NCBI RefSeq assembly: GCF_004010195.1
Contig: NC_057719.1
Location: 33,030,563 to 33,094,562 of the forward strand
Reading direction: 5' to 3'
DNA length: 64,000 nucleotides
Origin: Chiloscyllium plagiosum
Lineage: Eukaryota
The translations under genes were made by a program, and so were the position numbers. Numbering within the stretch: position 1 is the stretch's first letter; the number at the start of each line of letters is the position of its first letter. A model generated the notes under the pieces. It searched no databases, was not told the DNA's origin, and was given only the letters and a program-made list of their open reading frames with translations. Positions 51,751-63,916 of the stretch are shown here, piece after piece.

Positions 51751-54700
51751 GGTCCATGTAGGTATCATCGACATAAGTAGAAAGCAGGATAGAAATGTAA
51801 GGCAGGATTTCAGGGAGTTCGGGTGGAAGCTGAGAGCTAGAACAAACAGAGTTGTTATCTCTGGTTTGTTACCTGCACCATGTGATAGCGAGGCAAGAAA
51901 TAGGCAGAAATATCAACTGAACACATGGCTGAAGGGATGGTGCAGGAGAGAGGGTTTCAGGTACATGGATAATTGGGGCTCATTCTGGGGAAGGTGGGAC
52001 CTCTACAAACATAACGGTCTTCACTTGAACCAGAGGGGTACCAATATCCTGGGTGGGAAATTTGCTGGTGCTATTCGGGTGGGTTTAAATGAGCTCAATA
52101 GGGGGATAGTTCCAGTGCACAGGAGGATGAGAGTAGGGAGGGCATGGACAGGATTTCACAGCCACAGGAATGTTCTGGCAGACAGAAAGCTGGTTTGAAG
52201 TCTGTCTGCTTCAACAGCAGAAGTATCTGAAATAAGGAAGGTGAGCTTGCAGCATGCATAGGTACCTGGGACTTCAATGTTGTGGCCATTTCAGAGACAT
52301 GGATAAAGCAGGGTCAGAAACAGATGTTGTAGGATCCAAGGTTTAGATCTTGCGTTAAGAACAGGGAAGTTAGTAAAAGAGGGAGAGGTGTAGTTTTGTT
52401 AGTCAAGGACAATATAACGGTGGCTGAAAGAACTTTTGACAAGGACTTGTCTACTGAGGTCGTATGGGTTGAGGTTAGAAAAGGAGAGGAGAGGTCACAT
52501 TGTTGGGAGTTTTTTATTGGCCTCCGCAGAGTTCCAGGGATGTGGAGGAGAGGATCAGCAAAACGATTCTGGGTGGGAATGAAAGAAACAGGGTGGTCAT
52601 TATGGGGACTTTAACTTACCCAACATTGACTGGAAATGCTATAAATTTAATATGTCGGATGGATCAGTTTTTGTCCAATGTGTTGTAGGAGGGTTTCCTG
52701 ACACAGTATGTCAAAGGGCCAACAAGAGGGAAGGCCGCACTGGATCTGATGCTTGGTAATGAACCGAGCCAGGTGTTTAATTTAGTGGTGGGTGAGTACT
52801 TTGGAAAGAATGATCATAATTCAGTTATGTTTATATTAGCGATGGAAAGGAATAGGTACATACCCCAGGGCAAGAGTTATAGATGGAGGAAGAGCAATTA
52901 TAATGCAGTTAGGCAAGACTTCGGATGCATAGAATGGGGTAGCAAAATGCAGGGGATGGGGAAAATTTAAATATGGAGCTAGTTTAAGGAACAGATATTG
53001 CGTGTCCTTGATAGGTATGTCCCTGTTAGGCAGGGAGGATGTGATAAGGTAAGGGAACCGTGATTTATGAAAGAAATTGCATCTCTTGTTAAGCAGAAGG
53101 AGGCTTATGTGATGATGAGACAAGATGGTTCAGATGAGACAATGGAGAGATACAGATTAGCTCGGAAGGATTTAAAGAGATAGTTTAGAAGAGCAAAGAG
53201 AGGACATGAGCAGTCTTTAGCAAATAGAATAAAGGAGAACACTAAAGCTTTCTATATGTGAGGAATAAAAGGATGACTAGGGTAGGAATAGGGACAGTCA
53301 ACGACAGATGTGGGAAGTTGGGTGTGGATCCTGTGGAGATTAGAGAGGTGCTAAACGAACATTTCTCATCAGTTTTCACTCAGGAAAAGGAGAATATTGT
53401 AGAGGAGAAGAATGAGATACGGGATCTTAGACTAGAAAGGATTGAGGTTAGTTACGAAGAAGAGTTATCAATTCTGGAAGGAGTGAAAGTAGACAAATCC
53501 CTGGGCCAGATGGGATTTATCTGAGGATTCTCTGGGAAGCTAGATAGGAGATATTTGAGTCATCATTGTCTACGGGTTTGGTACCAGAGGACTGGAGGAT
53601 TGCAAATGTGTGCCTTTGTTCAAGAAGGGCAGTAGAGATGACCCAGGAAATTATAGACCAGTGGGCCTTACATCTGTTGTAGGAAATGTTTTGGAAAGGA
53701 TTATAAGAGATAGGATTTATAATCATCTAGGAAACAACAAGTTGATTGCAGATAGTCAATATGGTTTTGTTACGTGCAGGTCATGTCTCACAAACCTCTT
53801 TGAGTTTTTTGAGGTGACCAAGTATGTAGATGAGGGTAGGGCAGTTGACATGGTATACATAGACTTCGGTAAAGCCTTTGATAAGGTTCCACATGGAAGG
53901 CTGTTGGACAAAATGCAGAGGCATGGGATTTAGGGTGATTTAGCAGTTTGGATTAGGAACTGGCTTTCTGTAAGAAGGCAGCGAGTGGTGGTTAATGGAA
54001 AATATTCAGCCTGGAGTCCAGTTACTAGTGGTGTGCCATAAGGATCTGTTTTGGGACCACTGCTGTTTGTCATATTTATAAATGACTTAGATGCAGGCCT
54101 TGGTGGATGGATTAGTAAGTTTGCAGATGACACTAAAGTCGATGGAGCAGTGGACAGTGTGGAAGAATGTTGCAGGTTGCAGGGAGACTTGGATAAACTG
54201 CAGGATTGGGCTGAGAGGTGGCAAATGGAGTTTAATGCAGATAAATATGAGGTGCCCAGGTTGATAGTGCTGTTAAGAAGGCATTAGATGTGTTAGGTTT
54301 TATTGGTAAAGGGATTGCGTTCCAGAGCTGTAATGTCAGGCTGCAACTATAAAAAATGCTTGTGCAGCCGCACTTGGAATATTATGTACAGTTCTGGTCG
54401 CCCCATTACAGGAAGGATGTGGAAGCATTGGAAAAGGTGCAGAGGAGATTTACCAGGATGTTGCCTGGTCTGGAGGGAAGGTCTTATGAGGAAAGGCTGA
54501 GAGATTTGGGTCAGTTCTCATTGAAAGGAAGAAGGCTAAGAGAGGATTTGATAGAGACATAAAAGATGATCAGGTGATTAGATAGGATAGAAAGTGAAAG
54601 GATGATGAAATCAGCTTGTACGAGGGGGCATCACTACAAATTAAGGGGTGATAGATGTAAGACAGATGTCAGAGGCAGATTCTTTACTCAGAGAGTGGTA

Positions 54701-54885
54701 AGGGTGTGGAATGCCCTGCCTGCCAATGTAGTTAACTCAGCCACATTAGGGAAATTTAAACAATCCTTGGATAAGCACATGGGTGATGATGGGATAGTGT
54801 AGGGGGATGAGCTTAGGTTAATTCACAGGTTGATGCAACGTCGAGGGCCGAAGGGCCTGTTCTGTGCTATTCTGTTCTATGTTCT
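51751..54885 (+). mobile_element. 3.1-kb CR1 (ORF1 esterase end, endonuclease, RT, tail), decayed, with a deletion near 54253
   Basis: VHVGIIDI...RVVISGLLPAP...LYKHNGLHLNQRGTNIL (SGNH block V), PGNYRPVGLTSVVG and KFADDTK; possible TSD AATAT 51746-51750 / 54886-54890. Confidence 0.92.
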
Positions 54886-55546
54886 AATATCTCCACCAAA
54901 TAGTCCCACCAATGCTATTAGGAATTATGGCCACTTCTGAAATTGCACCTCGTTACGAAAAGACATTGATGACAGAGCCTCGATTCTCTGTCCATCTGGG
55001 GTCTTGCCAGGGTCAAGTTGGCAAGTCTCAGAAACAGATTTTTTTTTAAAATGGGGATGCTGAGGCTACACTTGACAAGTCTTGGAGGAAACGAAACCTC
55101 GTAGCATGGAGAGGAAATCTGGTGGGAATACCTTGAAAGTGTCCTCTATTGTGTATTTGGGAACACAAAGCTCTGCTCACATAAGAATCATCTGGCATCC
55201 TAAATACTTAATATGGACCTCCCAATTAAGGGAAAATCCCAAAGGTGGTAGGAGGAGTGCCTTATATGACCACATACCTAAGAGCCTCAACTGAACCATA
55301 GGTGAGCATCTGATGCCTATTCGTCATGGATAAAAGACCTATGAAAGCGATGAAGTGACAGTGCAATAGCAGTTTTACAACCCTTCCTCTCTGTCACCCC
55401 AGCCTCAGGGAAAGTGTAAAGCTTAGAAAATCATCTCGGCTGAGAATTAACACTAACTGAAGCCCATACCTTCAGTAAAGACTGAGCATTTCAGGTATAA
55501 GCAATCTTAATTTTAATCAAAAAAAATGAAATTACATAAAAGCAGT

Positions 55547-56863
55547 TCAATGAACAAATCTAATTCCTGCTTTTGTGAATAAAATGCCGTTTTTAAAAAA
55601 TGTTAAATTTATTTAAAGCCTTAATTATTGAAATCACTAGTGCTTAAAAGGGGAGAAACTCTTAAAAATTAAAAAAGAAAACATTTAAGGGTGTGGAAAA
55701 TTTATGAATGTACAACAGAATCAGAATTATGATTTTATCCAAGTGTTTTCTGATATATGTGCAAAATATTGGAAATGATAATGACAAAAGCTGATGTGAA
55801 ATGTCTGTCAGAAACATAACAATGGTAAGACAAGTGAGAAAAACAGAAAGGCATGTCTGCACAGACATTATGAATTTAAAGTTATTATGGACAGACTGTT
55901 CATTACACTAATAGATTAGCATAACAACAAATGAATTAATCAATACTATTTTAAAAAATGGTTTGTGCTAATTCATCAAAATACAGGATGACTCCAAATT
56001 TCCAAAGGCATTAGAATGAATATCGAGGGATTTTCACTCAAGTCAGGAGCACGAACGTCAAGAAAATTCCTGACTCCACAAACCCAACCAGGGAGAAAAT
56101 GGTTGGAACATCTATCAAATGTTCTTAAAAGAAGTAGATGCAAAAAAAAAGGGGCATTGGTCAAAATGTTCCAGAAAATACTGGATTCTGGGAGCATTCC
56201 AGCATCAATGAACAAATCTAATTCCTGCTTTTGTGAATAAAATGCCGTTTTTAAAAAATGTTAAATTTATTTAAAGCCTTAATTATTGAAATCACTAGTG
56301 CTTAAAAGGGGGGAAGCTCTTAAAAATTAAAAAAGAAAACATTTAAGGGTTGTGAAAAATTTGTGAATGTACAACAGAATCAGAATTATGAATTTATCCA
56401 AGTGTTTTCTGATATATGTGCAAAATATTGGAAATGATAATGACAAAAGCTGATGTGAAATGTCTGTCAGAAACATAACAATGGTAAGACAAGTGAGAAA
56501 AACAGAAAAGCATGTCTGCACAGACATTATGAATTTAAAGTTATTATGGACAGACTGTTAATTACACTAATAGATTAGCATAACAACAAATGAATTAATC
56601 AATACTATTTTAAAAAATCGTTTGTGCTAATTCATCAAAATACAGGATGACCCCAATTTTCCAAAGGCATTAGAATGAATATTGAGGGATTTTCACTCAA
56701 GTCAGGAGCACAAACGTCAAGAAAATTCCTGACTCCACAAACCCAACCAGGGAGAAAATGGTTGGAACATCTATCAAATGTTCTTAAAAGAAGTAGATGC
56801 AAAAAAAAGGGGGCATTGGTCAAAATGTTCCAGAAAATACTGGATTCTGGGAGCATTCCAGCA
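55547..56863 (+). repeat. Tandem duplication, unit about 658 bp (55547-56204 and 56205-56863)
   Basis: tcaatgaacaaatctaattcc...gggagcattccagca occurs twice head-to-tail with roughly a dozen or more differences by eye. Confidence 0.96.
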
Positions 56864-56879
56864 GACTGGAAAATTATTT

Positions 56880-57000
56880 GCCCATAGTGTTAGATGAAGG
56901 AAAAAATGTAGGGGAATGGGTCTGGGTGGGTTGCGCTTCGGCGGGTCGGTGTGGACTTGTTGGGCTGAAGGGCCTGTTTCCACACTGTAAGTAATCTAAT
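56880..57000 (+). mobile_element. HE1 SINE 3' fragment
   Basis: gtaggggaatgggtctgggtgggttgcgcttcggcgggtcggtgtggacttgttggg...gtaagtaatctaatc. Confidence 0.85.
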
Positions 57001-57568
57001 CATTAATGTGGTGTCCCTGTTCAAGAAGAGAGGGAGATAGAAAACAGGAAACTTTTGTCTTCCACTCTCCCAAAGGAGTCCCTGCACCTAGTCAAAGGAC
57101 ACCCTATATATCCAACTAGGCCCCAGACTTATCCTTTGCCTCTTCAAGAAACTTCAATACATTTAAACACATTGAAAAGTATAAAGGAGAATGGAAGAAT
57201 TAAGTGCCCTTTGGGATTATTAAGAGCAGACATGGATAAATTCATTGAAACTGTAATGTTCATTATAACTGTCAAAGGTTTCAATCTCCTGCCCTTTAAT
57301 TTAAAAAAAAGTCATGTCTTAGAATATCATTAATGCAAATTGTATCTACTGGAAGGCAGCTGTCTCTGTATAAAACACATGTCCAAAATATGACCTGCCT
57401 TCAATCTCCTCAATGTCATGGTAGATGCTGGATACAGGAGCACTATTTTGGCCATATCAGAAGTCTCCTCCCTGTGAAAATTCAGGTTTATATTTTATAC
57501 CCACTTTTTGTATTTGTGAAAATGTTTGTTGCTTCATTAATTTTCTGGTTAGAGACAGATAATGAGGA

Positions 57569-58238
57569 GAGTCTAGATTAGACCTGCACATCCCCCAATG
57601 TAATTGATTGTATCCATTGCTCCCAATGTGGTATCCTTTACATTGAGAAGGCTAGACGCCTTCTCACTGAGTTCGTTAGGGATCATCTCCAGGACACCAG
57701 CACCAATCAACCCAACTGCCCAACATTTCAACTCCCTCTCCCAATCTGCCAAGGACATGCAGGTCTTGGGCCTCCTCCACCGCCACTCCCTCACCACACG
57801 ATGCCTGGAGGAAGAAAGCCTCATCTTCTGCCTCGGAACCCTTCAGCCACAGGGCATCAATGTGGACTTCACCAGTTTCCTCATTTCCCCTCCCCCCACC
57901 TTACCCCAGCTCCAACCTTCCAGCTCAGCACCATCCTCATGACCTGTCCTACCTGCCAATCTTCCTTCCCACCTTTCCACTCCAACCTCCTCTCTGACCT
58001 ATTACCTTCATCCCCACCTCAATCCACCTATTGTACTCTTGGCTACCTTCTGCCCAGCCCCACCCCGCTCCCGTTTATCTCTCCACCCCGGAGGCTCCCT
58101 GCCTTCATTCCTGATGAGGGGCTTTTGCCCAAAATGTCGATTTTCCTGTTCGTCGGATGCTGCCTGACCTGCTGTGCTTTTCCAGCACCACTGTAATCTA
58201 GACTCTGATCTCCAGCATCTGCAGTCCTCACTTTTGCC
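57569..58238 (+). mobile_element. 5'-truncated PLE (GIY-YIG and terminus) with 14-bp TSD and a short inverted end at its 5' junction
   Basis: ACAGATAATGAGGA at 57555-57568 and 58239-58252; AQHFNSLSQSAKDMQVLGLL...LEEESLIFCLGTLQPQGINVDF; gagtctagatta at 57569 is the reverse complement of 58194-58205; degenerate hammerhead at 58111-58138. Confidence 0.9.
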
Positions 58239-60236
58239 ACAGATAATGAGGATACCATAGTTTCTATTTTTATTATAAAATAAACTTATGTTAGATCTTC
58301 AACATGGTAAAATTATGTTAAGTATATGTCTTGTATCAACACAGAAGCCTAGCATCAAGAGCCTGCAGAATGAAGACTGTAGTCACATATATTAAAAATG
58401 CAGCAAATAGTTTTTTTCAATCTGAGGCAATGTCTCAGCAAATTATCAAGACACACTCTTTTACCACTATAGGATGTGGTGTGTAGCTTCCATGCCAATT
58501 ACACAATTGGCAGGAGGGTAAAAAGCATGAGTGTGGAATTTTACAAATGCTGAATTGTAGATTGGAATCCCTGCAAATTATATGTGATGATTCAGCCTCT
58601 TTGCAGTTGATGAAGTGCCTGCCACCAAACAATGCCTGACAAGGCAATACGGAGAAATCAAAGTTTGCCTTCATCTGGTCCTGGTACTACTTTGCGAAAA
58701 AATCAGTAATCTAAAGAAGATTTGCACAGCTCATTCAGTCATTTCCACGCTGTAATGTAGAGGAATATGTGCAGAGCGAATAATGTTTCTGAGTTACAAT
58801 AGTCATTAACTACTGTTCAAAATGTTCTATTTAATGGAATCTATTGAACACCATACAAAATAGACTTTCAGCCACAATGCTAAAAGGTTTTATCATAAAA
58901 TTGGGAAGTAAAAATAACAGGGGTTGATTCAGGCAAGTCAGCTAACACAACGGAGTGTATCCTTCTGAGAACGAGCTCCAACTGGTATCTCAATGTCATG
59001 TTGCAACTTTCATTGCAACTGAGCCCGTGACATCTGATGCAGGAGCACCAGCACAGCATGAAAGAAAATATTTTATTTTCCCGCTCAGTCTTCATCACCA
59101 TCAAAAATACACAGAAGCATCACATATTAATTGCACAACCTACATCAATATGCCACAGAAAGACTGCAAATTCTATTGAGCGAAGGGAAACCCAAAGTAA
59201 AAATAGTTCTGGATGTTGATAACTGATGATCAGCTTGATATATTGCAAGCTGATTAATTAAACTGACAAAAACTTTATCAAGATCACATCAGTAGGCTTA
59301 GGACAATCTAAATTCATAGCAATCACTTGCATTACATTAACTGCTGTGCTTGCAGCTCATTGGTATATACATTTTAGATTAAGATTAAAACATTGGGTAT
59401 AAATTGCAAGACAAAAATGCAAGAAATCTCACAGCACTTCAAGCAAATTTGTGAAAAATATAATTTCCCTTTGTGTTTCTTCTGATGTGTTACTTTAAAA
59501 TTATCAAAGGGCACAAACTATCCACAGAAAAATGCTTAATTTGACAAATAGTTCCTGACAGTGTTTAGCAAACTGCTATATCATGAACACTGAATTCAAA
59601 TTTTCAAATTATCGACTGGGATTTGAACTCACGGTCTCTGTCTTATTAGTCCATACTTCATACAGCTGATAACATAAACAGAATACTACCGTGCCTAGAA
59701 GTTTGGGTATTTTGTTGCTGCCCAGGAAGGTGGGGGGCCTACAGGAATATGACGAGGTTGAGGAGCAGGAGGCAGTGGGGTGGGAGATCAGTCTAGAATG
59801 GACCTCAGGATAAAGGCATCAGTAAGAGTGGAGAGATGACAAGTGCAGAGGTGGCAGCAGAAAAGGAAGTAAGTGTAGGGACAGCAAACGAGGTAGGGAA
59901 ATGATTTAGAGAAAGAGACTAAGGCATCCATGCTAGCTCATTTTTAACCAAGGACACATTTTTCAACTTTCACTGTAGTGACCATCAGCAGAGGTAACCA
60001 CAACAAAGAAGATTTTAAAATATTTATAAAGTCTACATTGAATTAACATTTTCTGCATTTTAAACTGTATTAAAGTAATTCATTGCAGGTAGCCTTGTTT
60101 ATTAACTAATGTGCTATTTTTACATTTTACAGTAAAAACCAGATATAGCAATATCTGAACTAGTAAGGTTCTGAACTTGTAATCTAAAGGCCTGGAATAA
60201 GCATCTCAAGATGTTGAAATCTATATTCTCCTAGTA

Positions 60237-60319
60237 CAGGTTCACAATCCTTTATCCGAAATTCTGAAATCCAAAAAACAACTGGTCTCAAGGATTTCGG
60301 ATAAAGGATTGTGTACGTG
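60237..60319. mobile_element. 83-bp Tc1/mariner-pogo-type MITE with TA TSD
   Basis: 26-bp TIRs with 2 mismatches (caggttcacaatcctttatccgaaat / atttcggataaaggattgtgtacgtg), flanked by TA at 60235-60236 and 60320-60321. Confidence 0.8.
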
Positions 60320-61777
60320 TATCTGCTTTTGATATGCTCTGTGTTGGCTTTCACATGCGTCTTTATAATGTTTGAATGTTACAAAGTAACTGGATCTGTT
60401 GCTCTCTTGGGATAGGGTTATTTTTCTTCTCTCAGAATCTGAGTATCTTTCTGGTTTTTGTTTCGGGCACAATTTGAATGGATTTCTCCAAAATTAAATC
60501 TTGCTTGTATATTAAATAAAACTGACAAAAACTCATAAATAATCTCCATTGTGACAGTTTTCCGGTTACCTTTTTGCGGAGAGAACTGAGCCCCGGTGTA
60601 GCGCAACTTATCTTGGTGCAGCTGAATGCTAGTGCAGAATGGACGAAAGGCTTGGAGCGGAGTGTAACAATTGTTGGACTGGGGCCTGGCCCAGGCGGTC
60701 AGACTATGTGCTGAGATGTTACTATTTGAAATTCTTTACTGGACTTTAATATCAATCCTTTTACTACGTTATAACTATTTTGTTTCTAACTTCTTTTTTA
60801 AACACTGCAAGGTACTTTTTCTTTTATTCCTCTTTTGTATCCAAGATTTGAATCTAAAATGGTGCCTTAAAGGCAGCCATTGTAAAAACCTTTCAATGTA
60901 CAGCTGTACTTCTATACTGGAGTCCATGTGACAATAAAGGATATTCTATTCTATCTATAGTGAGAATTAATGAAATTGAAATTCCTCTGTAAGGCAAAAT
61001 CTTCTGGTAAATTTGATTTGATTTATTATTGTCACATGTACCTAGGTACAGTGAAAAGTTTTGTTTTGTGGGCAGTACAGGCAGCTCATACCACACAAAG
61101 ATCACAGGGTGATTCTACAGAGTGAGAAATAAAATGTTACTCCTACAAAAAAGGTGCACAAAAAGCAAAATTAACATTTGGTTTGAAAATTGAAACACTC
61201 TTGACCATCTCCACCTCAGCACCATTGATGTTGCTCATTGAAGAATTATATATGGTCTCAGACTGAAGTAATTATCAAATATTTTAAAAACTTTATCACA
61301 AAACTTTATCTTAAATATATATTTATTTTTATATTCTGGCGTCACCTAAGGACCTGTCTAACTAAAAATGATAGAGGATAAGCCACTATAGAGTTTTAAG
61401 AAGAGACACTTGTCTTACATAACAAGGTGCAGTTAATTTCATAAAGCTATAGGTAGAATTAACATCAACTAGTTATGCATTATACAATTATCAGGAGTTA
61501 AATATGTTATATATGTTTTATTCAAGACATAGTACAAAATGAACTGTTCCTCTACGAAACATAATCAGATCAGATGGTGTTCATTATAGCTTAGCACTAA
61601 TTCTCTCACATCCATTAACTTAAACAACAAAGAAGAAAGATAAATAGTAGGATATGTTGATAGGGTTAGAGAGGAATTATCTATTTCTGAACTGTGACTT
61701 CTACATATTTATATGCAGCCGTATAAGGTATACTTGTTTTATGATAAATTCCAAGATTTAACACTGAATTTAATTCC

Positions 61778-63214
61778 GTGGGTAAAAACAATGACTGCAG
61801 ATGCTAAAAACCAGAGTCTAGATTAGAGTAGTGCTGGAAAAGCACAGCAGTTCAGGCAGCATTCGAGGAGCAGTAAAATCGACATTTCGAGCAAAAGCCC
61901 TTCATCAGGAATACAGGTAGAGAGCTTGAAGGGTGCAGAGATAATTGAGAGGAGGGTGACCGTCGCGTTGTTGTGGTTTGGCGGTGGATGAGTCCAATGA
62001 CCTGCATATCCTCGGTGGAGTGGGAGGGGGAGTTGAAATGTTGAGCCACTGGGCGATTTGGTTGATTGGTGCGGGTGTCCCAGAGATGTTCCCTAAAGCG
62101 CTCTGCTAGGAGGAGTCCAGTCTCCCCAATGTAGAGGAGTCCGCATCGGGAGCAACGGATACAACAAATGATATTGGTGGATGTGCAGATAAAATTTTGA
62201 GGGATGTGGAAGGCTCCTTTAGGGCCTTGGATGGAGGTGAGGGAGGAGGTGTGGGCGCAGGCTTTGCAATTCCTGCAGTGGCAGGGGAAGGTGCCAGGAT
62301 GGGAGGGTGGGTTGTAGGGAGGCGTGGGCCTGACCAGGTAGTCATGGAGGGAACGGACTTTGCGGAAGGTGGAAAGGGGTGGGGAGGGAAATATATCCCT
62401 GGTGGTGGGGTCTGTTTGGAGGTGGCGGAAATGTCGGCGGATGATTTGGTTTATGCGAAGGTTGGTAGGGTGGAAGGTGAGCACCAGGGGCGTTCTGTCC
62501 TTATTACGGTGGGAGGGGTAGGATCTGAGGGCGGAGGTGCAGGATATGGACGAAATGCGTTGGAGGGCATTTTTAATCACGGGGGAAGGGTAATTGCGGT
62601 CTCTAAAGAAGGAGGCCATCTGATGTGTTCTGTGGAGGAACTGGTCCTCCTGGGAGCAGATACAGCGGAGGCGGAGGAATTTGGAATATGGGATGGCATT
62701 TTTGCAGGAGGTAGGGTGGGAAGAGGTGTAATCCAGGTAGCTGTGGGAGTCGGTGGGTTTGTAAAAAATGTCAGTGTCAAGTCGGTCGTCATTAATGGAG
62801 ATGGAGAGGTCCAGGAAGGGGAGGGAAGTGTCAGAGATGGTCCAGGTAAATTTAAGGTCAGGGTGGAATGTGTTGGTGAAGTTGATGAATTGGTCAACCT
62901 CCTCGCGGGAGCGCGAGGTGCCACCAACGCAGTCATCAATGTAGCGGAGGAAGAGGTGGGGAGTGGTGCCTGTGTAATTACGGAAGATGGACTGTTCCAA
63001 TTATCTATTTTTCTATCAGTCAGGGCATCTGACTCAGGAAATATATTGCTAGCTGTAAGCTTTGAACATGAACGCGATTGAAGATGAATTAACAAGGTGT
63101 GCAAAGAATAAACTTAAATTGTTTTAGATCTTAAACACTGAGGCAAAATGAATATTCAAAAACTCAACTGATAATTGAACGTCGATTTTACTGCTCCTCA
63201 GACGCTGCCTGAAC
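61778..63214 (-). mobile_element. Young 5'-truncated PLE (RT and GIY-YIG, 382-codon frame 61852-63000) with captured DNA and a 16-bp TSD
   Basis: FLRYIDDCVG, LPFLDLSISI, IFYKPTDSHSYL and CIRCSRCGLLYIGETG...ERFREH; hammerhead motif at 61908-61881 (CTGATGA-agggcttttgctc-GAAATGTC); CACTGAATTTAATTCC at 61762-61777 and 63215-63230. Confidence 0.95.
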
Positions 63215-63916
63215 CACTGAATTTAATTCCAACAATTCTTCCCAGCTCATCCTTGGCTCCTCCAGTTCAGAAGTGAGGAAATATGGTCCCTCAAGGTAAT
63301 CCAGTTAATTCCACACAATTATATCTGGCTACTGTCAGAATTGCAGGTCAGATGTAGTTGAAAGCTTACATGATCCATGCTCAGCTTTTCCAAAACAAAA
63401 AACACTTTCATATTTTGCCCTTTTCTCTACCTTAAAATTAGCAGGAGACACACATAATCAAATAATTATTCATATAATCAATCATTTATCTCCTTTGATC
63501 TTGGTATTGAAGGGGGCAACATTGCTTATTATTCAATATATATTAATATCTTGCTTTTCTGTTCAGTCAAATCCACGTGGAGCAATCAGAGTGTTCCAAA
63601 TGCCTGAAGATGGTGTCATTTGGAGAAAACTTCTGTACTAAAACTTATGTCCCATTTTGTTTTTTTACTCCAGTTGTATTAAAGCATATTCCTTCAGTGT
63701 CTTTTTGTTTGCTTCTACCAAACTTCCAGTTTCTGCAGAGCATTGAGTTTTTGAATATTCATTTTGCCTCAGTGTTTAAGTTCTAAAACAATTGAAGTTT
63801 TTTCTTTGCGCACCTTGTTAATTCATCTTCGATCGCGTTCATGTTCAAAGCTTACAGCTAGCAATATATTTCCTGAGTCACATGCCCTGACTGATAGAAA
63901 AATAGATAATTGGAAC
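62994..63916. repeat. 174-bp inverted duplication: 62994-63167 is the reverse complement of 63743-63916
   Basis: gttccaattatctatttttctatcagtcaggg...ttcaaaaactcaa versus ttgagtttttgaa...ccctgactgatagaaaaatagataattggaac, with about 6 substitutions. Confidence 0.96.

Noticed and set aside
51698..51755. GGCCTTTGAAT repeated near the CR1 5' junction
   Set aside because: Too short to tell a templated filler from a pre-existing micro-duplication.
62197..63081. 294-aa Gly-rich plus-strand ORF and overlapping 175-aa minus-strand ORF
   Set aside because: Antisense or alternate frames of the C-rich PLE coding strand running into captured DNA; no independent protein signature.
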